64,000 nucleotides of DNA from NCBI GenBank assembly GCA_012295275.1, contig CM022673.1, forward strand, positions 6,138,001 to 6,202,000, written 5' to 3'. Source of the stretch: Chrysomallon squamiferum. Lineage: Eukaryota > Animalia > Mollusca. The translations under genes and the position numbers were made by a program. This document shows positions 56,701-64,000 of this stretch, in pieces (positions within the stretch are counted from its first letter, which is position 1; each line of letters starts with the position of its first letter). The notes beneath the pieces are model-generated. The model was not told the DNA's origin. It ran no database searches and worked only from the letters and a program-made list of their open reading frames with translations.

Positions 56701-59318
56701 ATTAGCAATAATAATAGTAATAAGGAAGTTATTACCTTCAACAGTAATAGTAGTATCACTAATAGTAATACTAGCAATGTTTATAGTAATAATAATAATA
56801 TTAGGAATGTTTGTAGTAATAAAATTAATAGCAGTTAAAGTAATTGGTGTTACACTGACTGTTGAGTTGATTTAATAGATGATATAGAAAAAAGTACAAA
56901 CTTGTGACACCAAAATCTACAGTGCTGTAAACTCCTTTGAGTGTCCCACATCTTAGGTAGGAGTCAGCATCTCCATCAGTTGTGTACAAAACTTGAGTGG
57001 GACCCAAAATACTCTGTGCTTTTTCATGCAAGAAACTTAAATATTCGTAATCGCATGCAAAATAGCTTCCATACTCATTCTCGATCTGCAAGACAGAAAT
57101 CGTAAGAAAAGCCATGCATCTATGAAAAATTCAGAAGCATGGGAATGTAAATACGGGATGGGTAACCAGGTAGTCAATGTAGTGAATAATTTTCTTCTTC
57201 CACAGATTAGAAGGCTGTTTTGCAAAATTGTGTGAAAAATATTTTTAACTCAAGGCATTTTTGCTTAAATGGCATACACCACCAGAACTGCTGGGGAAAC
57301 TAATATCTGTATGCTTGTCATATTCCAATTCCAATAACAGGTCAAAAAAGTGTGGTGAAATTCAGGTGTCTGCATTTTGTCTTTAATAATACAGTCAGTG
57401 TGTATGAATTGTTGCAACTTCACCTTTTCTGTTCCATTCTTTGACTGACACAATATCAGCAACTATAGCAGATTGATTTACTTAAGATGTTTGCTTTATT
57501 TATTTTTCAATTTCTGTATGTGATGAGATTGTTTTCACTTTCATTCACTTCACTATGGCTATACTGAAAAACAAGGTTGCCACTTCTAATATAAATCTAA
57601 AGAAGAAGCACTCATACATTAAGTACCTTATCCAACAAAAGAAAAGTGTTGTTTTCACACCTGTTAGTATGTAACTTTATCCGGGCAACCAATACTATGA
57701 ATAAACTAACAATCACAATACTGCAAACATGCAAAAAACTTATAGATATGCCACGAACCTACAGGAGCACATGAACTCACAGGTATACTATGGACCTAGG
57801 CTATAGGCACACCATAAATACTACTGTGAAAAATAACAAACCCTGCCATGAACCTAATCGCATACTTAGATACTACACATAGACATGCAGCAAAATATTA
57901 GTGGAAACCTAAAGGCATACCACATGCAAATACCTTGATACAAAATCATTTTTATACTAACAACTGAAGCCAAAATCAACTGTGCTGTATATTCCTTCAA
58001 GAGTCCCACACTTGAGGTCACTATCAGAATCACCATCAGTTGTAAAGATAACAGTACTAGTACCAAGAACTCTCCTCACTTTGTGGTAAAGAAATCTTAA
58101 ATAGTCATAATCACAAGCATAATAGCTGCCATATTCATTTTCAATCTGAAAAAATTATATTGCATGATGCTAAACAATATGAAAAAAGAAATAAAAGAGA
58201 AATATATATGTATGTATATTTATATATATTGATATATAAAAGAAAGTTGAAACAATATAAAAATAAGAAAATATAAAATATAAAAACATATATATTTCAT
58301 TTCATTTTAGAAAGCTTCTCATAGGAAAGGAAAGAGAATTAGGACAATTCAGAAATTTCATTCCAACCAATACACAAAGGATGAATATATGTTTTTCAAA
58401 GCATATAACTGATATAAAACTGTATTAAAGTTCATGGAAAATATTAATCATGCATGACCTATCCAATGACATTTACGAAGCATAATATACTATACTTCAT
58501 TAGAAAACTGACAGATTTAAATCGAAACAGAAATGGAATTCAAAGAAATTAAATAAAAAATAAAAAATAATAATGGTAATAACACCCTTCTACCAACAAT
58601 GAAATAAAATAAATCAAAACAGAAAAATAATTGCAATTAATCATATGTAAAAATAATAAAAACCAATGGAAAATATTTTATGCTACTTACTTGCACCATA
58701 ATTATGGGTCCACCATTTTCATAGAGGTACGGTTTTAACTTTGGAAGTAAAACATCATACCATCTATCCACAGCTGACAAATAGGCTTAAACAGAAATCA
58801 GATTATTAGTGTCATTGGCAACTTTAGTCAAACATTTGATTATTTCAATTCTGAGAAATTCTTATTTGTTTTTCTGTAACAGCAGTGATTCTTTCAAGTG
58901 CATTTTACCCCTGACATGAATGAACGTGAGCACACAGCTATACACAAATATTTTTCATTAAAAAACTCCAGCCTATAAATGAAATATCAAAGCTGTGCAT
59001 ATTGGTAAATATACCTACTTGGATCTGAAGTTCTGACAACCATTTTTGGATTGATGTTTAACAACCAGGCTGGTAGACCTCCCTAGAAAACAAAGCTAAT
59101 TAAACACTTACGCCTCAGATTTATAATTTAAAATACAAATACATCATTTTATTTACAATAGAAAAAAAGAACAAAGTATTACCAAAAAGAAATTAATGTG
59201 TATTAGTATTATTATTATGTTCTAAAAATAATTCATCAAAGTTAAATATGTAATAATTTGCAGTAATTTATATGAACTATGACAACCATAAAATCAGAAA
59301 TTCTTATTATCATTATTA

Positions 59319-59365
<47 letters not shown>

Positions 59366-61092
59366 TACCATCTTTAGAAATAGGAAATTTCTTTTCAGAT
59401 ATAAAACTTACAAATTCCCACTCTCCACAAATGTAAGGACCTGATCGAAGTAAGACCACAAGACCAACTTCCTGGGCTAGCTGAAGAAACTTTTCAAGAT
59501 CAGCCAGTCCTGTCCAGACATACTCCTCTGGATTAGGATTATGAATATTCCATGGAACGTAACTTGAAAATTGAGAAGATTTAAAAAAAAATTAAAAATT
59601 AAACAAAAAACAGGTATTTTCTTTTATATATCATTTATATTATACTTGTCAGCAGTACTTTATTCTTTATTCTGATTTTCTTAATTTGTGTCAGATGAAT
59701 GGTCTTTTGTACAAGGACAAACTCTTATCAAAGAAATTAAGATCTTTTACAAGCTCTTCTTGTGGTCCAAAAAAAATAAAAATAAAAATAAAATGGACAC
59801 TGGATAAAGAATTTTATTTCAGGAAGTTACTGAATATGAATGTACTTTTTTCTAACTTACGTCTGTACTGCATTTAAACCAGCAATCCTCATCTTCTGCA
59901 GCCTGTCTTTCCAGTAGTATGGATGAACTCTGGCATAATGCAGACTGCCTGACACATAGCGGAATGGTTTGCCATCCTTCAGAAAGGTTGGTGCTGAGCT
60001 ATCAATAGTAAAACTATGATTCTGATTCTGTATAAAGAGAACAGAAGAAAAAAAGAACAAAAATTACTAGTATTATTGTTGCTGGTACAACTATTGCTAT
60101 GTTAAGAAAGATTAGTACATAAAGAAGTTACTTAATAAGATATTTTTACTTCCTTGACCTTGTCTCTTTTATATAAATTATGTATTTTCAATGACCCATG
60201 ATGACAGTATAAAATCACTGAACAGAAAAGTAATTATTAATAAATATAAATTATTACATATGTATTTATATGAATCAAAAGACATTCAGTCCCAGAGCCA
60301 GATGAGTTAACACCCATAAGTTTGAAGATATTTAAATAAAATTGACAAAAATATCATATTTCACAAGTGTCATTAAATCCACTCCAAATGTAGGCATTTT
60401 AAAATTTTCAAGAAAACGTCAACCTTAAGCCATAAAATCCTAATTTCAAGAGGTATCTTTATGAAATTTTATCAAATTTGCACAATCTGTTAAGTAAAGT
60501 GTTCTCTTTTTAATGACTTTAATAGTGGTAGATTTAACTTAATTAAATATTGTTTTGGGCCTATTTCAACTGATATATGAATGTGAGATCATGCCTGAGT
60601 AAGATCTGTTGTTCATGAATTGATATTTTTTCTATTATTTTGATGTTTACTCGTGAAGACGACCGTACAAAATTGTCGTTCCTGAGCGGTTACCTTTTTC
60701 GCTTCATTTTCATTTTTCTGATTTACAGTTACGTTTTTATTACAAATTCCCCTAACAAAATATTTGATCTCATTCTGGTTTTAAACATAAAGTAAATTAA
60801 CGAAACATTTTGAGTTTGGGTAGTCGTCAATTTCTGAAGAAAACAAGTGGTAGCATGCGTCCCTAGCGGCGGTTAGCATGGCTACATTATGACTTAGTCA
60901 AATTAGTGATAATGCTAAAGTATATTCAGTTTGGAATATGAAAATTATTAACAATTTCACAAACAGAAACAGCATCATTTGTTTTAAAAGGATATTTATG
61001 AATATTTATTTTAAATTTACCAAACAACACGAAATCGGAAATAACACAACTAAAATCAAGCCAAACAAATATCCGCCCCTAGGAAGATCCAT
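50731..61092 (-). CDS. GLB1: Lysosomal beta-galactosidase (glycoside hydrolase family 35), multi-exon gene, ~658 aa
   Basis: Exons assembled by hand, all GT-AG and phase-consistent: 61092-61021 ([24 protein letters not shown], signal peptide), 60027-59861 ([20 protein letters not shown]...GLNAVQT), 59562-59412 (YVPWNIH...[12 protein letters not shown]), 59082-59019 (GGLPAWL), 58785-58691 (NGGPIIMVQ), 58145-57962 OR 57085-56902 (IENEYGSY), 56477-56422, 55857-55736 ([14 protein letters not shown], nucleophile Glu), 55050-55010 ([10 protein letters not shown]), 54893-54778 (TSYDYDAPL), 54509-54435, 54141-54052, 53576-53469 (YGFILYR), 52879-52745 ([10 protein letters not shown]), 52375-52266, 51667-51547, 51000-50731 ([14 protein letters not shown], stop). 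Total is 1977 nt with one copy of exon 6. The motifs are diagnostic of GH35 (established knowledge). Confidence 0.96.
53291..53390 (-). mobile_element. Degenerate dispersed repeat (SINE-like) in a GLB1 intron
   Basis: AGCAGCAAGGGATCTTTTA...GCCTTTGATATACCA...TGGTTGGAATGGG. Similar to 15263-15360 and to a gastropod SINE body (recalled, unverified). Confidence 0.4.
53671..53723. repeat. (AG)n microsatellite in a GLB1 intron
   Basis: Perfect dinucleotide run. Confidence 0.95.
56535..56850. repeat. Degenerate (AGT/AAT)n tract filling the intron between GLB1 exon 6b and exon 7
   Basis: Directly visible. Confidence 0.8.
56902..57085 (-). CDS. GLB1: GLB1 exon 6b (downstream copy of the duplicated catalytic exon)
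   Basis: tgcag|ATC GAG AAT GAG ... GTC ACA A|gtttgt. 184 nt, phase 0 to 1, no stops: [61 protein letters not shown]. Confidence 0.9.
57025..58454 (-). promoter_or_regulatory. Cluster of seven UGCAUG (RBFOX-binding) splicing-regulatory motifs around GLB1 exons 6a/6b
   Basis: Plus-strand CATGCA begins at 57025, 57054, 57113, 57728, 57884, 57923 and 58449. Confidence 0.6.
57962..58145 (-). CDS. GLB1: GLB1 exon 6a (upstream copy of the duplicated catalytic exon; not shown in the correct frame by the ORF track)
   Basis: ttcag|ATT GAA AAT GAA ... TTC AGT T|gttagt. 184 nt, phase 0 to 1, no stops: [61 protein letters not shown]. Confidence 0.9.
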
Positions 61093-61125
61093 TTTCACTT
61101 AAGTGACTTTCGTTCTTTTCATGGA

Positions 61126-61145
61126 TCACATGATAGGTCACATGA
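61126..61145 (-). promoter_or_regulatory. Tandem CLEAR/M-box elements (MiT/TFE family sites) in the GLB1 proximal promoter
   Basis: TCACATGA at 61126-61133 and 61138-61145 (TCATGTGA on minus), 34-53 nt upstream of the ATG of a lysosomal hydrolase. Confidence 0.65.
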
Positions 61146-64000
61146 TATGACTTATCTGCGTCCTTGTTTTCCTCCTTATTTTCTTTCTGATTTCTCCTGT
61201 TAAAAATATTCAAGCTGGTGCTTTTTTATTCTTTCTTTCTTGTGTGTGTGTGTGTATGTGTGATTATTATTGTAAAAAAACAACAACAAAAAAAACACAA
61301 CATCTTACTGCAGTTATAAGCAAAATTATTTTTATAAATAAAAAAATAAAAAATATAAATTATGAGGGAAATAAACATAGTAAATTTCTTTCCTTTTATT
61401 ATTATTTAAGTTCGTTAAAATGTTAAATACATATTAATTATATAAACATCTACTTATATCGTTTATTTATAGGCTATACATTATGAAATTAATATTATGA
61501 TGAACATAATAATAATAATAATAATAATAATAGCAATTAATTTAGACCGTGATCAATGCTTTTAAAGTTAATTTTGAGTTGATATAATAATAATAAAATT
61601 AATAATGATGATGATAATTATAGTGACGTACGTAACTGAACGAGACAATCCACCCTTTACTCGGAATATCTCGCAACGTTTCGTTTGTGATATCAAAAGT
61701 ATTCGAAAATCAAATTGTGGGGGAAAAAAAGAAAGAAAAGAAGAAATAATAAATAAATAAATAATAGCTGTTTTTCATTGGCGACAGCACAAGACATATG
61801 ACGTCATCAGTGGCAACCAGATTTGACTTGATATAAGGAAGACTGAAATTTGTCAACAAAAACACGACAAAACATGAGCAGAAATTTAAATTCATCAGAT
61901 TTTTCACAGAAGCTTGAACGTGAGTATGTTTAACATATCTCTTTAAAGAAGAAGAAGAAGAAGAAAATAATATAGAAAATAATAAATGGATGTTATTAAA
62001 TATAGTTTTATTACTGAACGAGAAGTATCCAAGGACATTTAATTTTAAGATAAAGACTAAGTTTTTAGGGGCAGTCAATTGAAAATAAGCAGTTGTAAAA
62101 AACATCTTTGTCGGCGCGTACACATTCTTAATTTTTCATAATTATATCTTTTACTAATAAAAACCATAAAACCCCAACACATTTAGATATATTTTTGTGG
62201 TGTATATTTTGCATCTAGCAAAATGCGTAAGGAATGATGTAATTTATTAATAATGACCATTAGGCAACTAAATATTAATGAATTAATGAATGAATTATTA
62301 TTATTATTTGTTTTGTTTTGTTTAAGAAGGTATGGGGAAAGGAGTAGAAACACTGAAATATTTAGTGTAATTATTAAATTAAGAATAAGAAAAATACAAC
62401 AATGAATAAGTATTAGCATCAACAACGAAAACAACAACAACAACAATAATAACGAAACAAACAAATAAATAATTACAAAAAAAAAATAATATAAAATAAA
62501 AAATAAATAATATTGAAAAAACAACAATAAATTAATATAAAATATAATATGAATATGTAGAAAAAAGAATCTAAAAACTAATAAAAAATCACGACAGAAG
62601 AATTAAGAACAAAAAGCTAAATGATGATAATAATAACAAATAAGAAAAAAGATGAATATAGAAAAAACGAGTTGATTATATATATATATACATGATGACT
62701 CATAACTAACTACTCGGTGCATTACTGATCTCTAATTTTATAATAAAGGAAAATAAATAAAACACTTTAATTTAACAAACATCAACAGGAATTATAAATA
62801 CAAATTCCAAATACAAGCAAATGGATACTGAAAAGTTCATGTACTTTTTAATGCATAAAAAGGTCATGTCATGGCCACTTTAAGCTGTGATATGCTTATC
62901 AATTCACTGTATAGTTAAGGCAAGATTTGATTAATAATACCTGAAACCAACTACATTCTTAAAATCATAACAGCTACGGTTTGATATTGCCACGCAAATT
63001 TTCACACATGCGCACTTTGAAAAGGATGTGAAACTGACACTAGCACTAGCAGACGATCGCCGAAGCCTGACCTAGCACGTGTGAATGAAATGTCATGTGA
63101 TTTATTTGGTTTAGATTTTAATCATCAATGAAGATAATTTGAGGTTGCTATTATTAGTATATTTGTTTTTGGAACTTACAAAAAGTGAAAAGTGAAACTG
63201 ACAAAACTGCTTTCTCCTTGGAAGAGTCATCTTTGACAAACAATTATTTCGAGACTAGGAGGTTAGTTTTTAACTTTGGAAATTATTAATATGTTTTTTG
63301 AAAAGTTTGATTCAGGTAAAAATTTAGTTAGGAGACGTGTTCTGTATCAGGTTTGGTAATATGAACAACCATTCACATATTTGTTAGTGTAAACCAGAAA
63401 AAAAAATAAAATAAATGAATAGTAAAATTGTTGATTTTGGAAGTTTAACAATCCGATGTGTGGGTTTCCGAGGCCTCATGGGAATTTCCTTCCGAAGTCA
63501 AAGATGCTGGTGTCAGACGCCGTCAAGCGTTTACAAGCTTTTACAAGCTTTTAAACATATACTCCTTCACAATGCAGTCAATTCTACATGGATTATTGCA
63601 AGTAATTTGAATAACACACATTTGTATATCACACATAATCAGTGCCTCGTACGCTACTTCGCCAAAACTCCATAGCAGATACTCAGATACGACTGTTTAC
63701 ATTGTTCTAAAACAGTATTTGAAACCATCATAATTATGTTTTATATTATTTATTTCCATTTTCAATGCATTAGAAAGCAAACTAATTATCAGTTATTTGG
63801 ATGATTGCCCTGATACATTCTTTACAAAATGTTAATTTTATTTTTTTAAAGATCCGTCAACCGGCCGTATAAAATAATAGGTTCAAAATTATTTTTTCCG
63901 TCTTTTTCTTTAAAACAAAAGCATTTATCTAATGAAACCTGTACAATTACATATCAAAGCAATGAATTTCCTATTTGAATTTTAAAAAAATTGTTGGTCC

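Noticed and set aside
57866-58066. 66 aa minus-strand ORF overlapping GLB1 exon 6a
   Set aside because: It is the wrong reading frame of the real exon 6a.
56902-58145. Duplicated exon as an assembly or haplotype artefact, or as a dead pseudo-exon
   Set aside because: The copies differ at 21 of 61 residues and at many synonymous sites, and their flanks are unrelated, yet both keep length, phase, splice sites and catalytic motifs.

Overview
AT-rich, microsatellite-dense eukaryotic genomic DNA with GT-AG introns. It is from an invertebrate animal, and a mollusc is plausible but only inferred. Positions 1 to ~34.5 kb hold no protein-coding gene I can support: simple repeats alternate with CpG-containing islands that look cis-regulatory. 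Positions ~36.5 to 61.1 kb hold three minus-strand genes, each reconstructed by hand with phase-consistent splice sites. They are a lysosomal GH35 beta-galactosidase (GLB1-like, ~658 aa), sepiapterin reductase (SPR, ~261 aa) and an uncharacterised ~1050 aa serine-rich protein with cell-cycle hallmarks. The main finding is that the GLB1 exon carrying the catalytic acid/base glutamate (ENEYG) is present twice. The two copies are diverged but intact, both 184 nt with the same phases, which is the signature of mutually exclusive exons. Seven UGCAUG (RBFOX) motifs surround them in positions that predict a regulated switch. All calls were made by eye, with no database searches.
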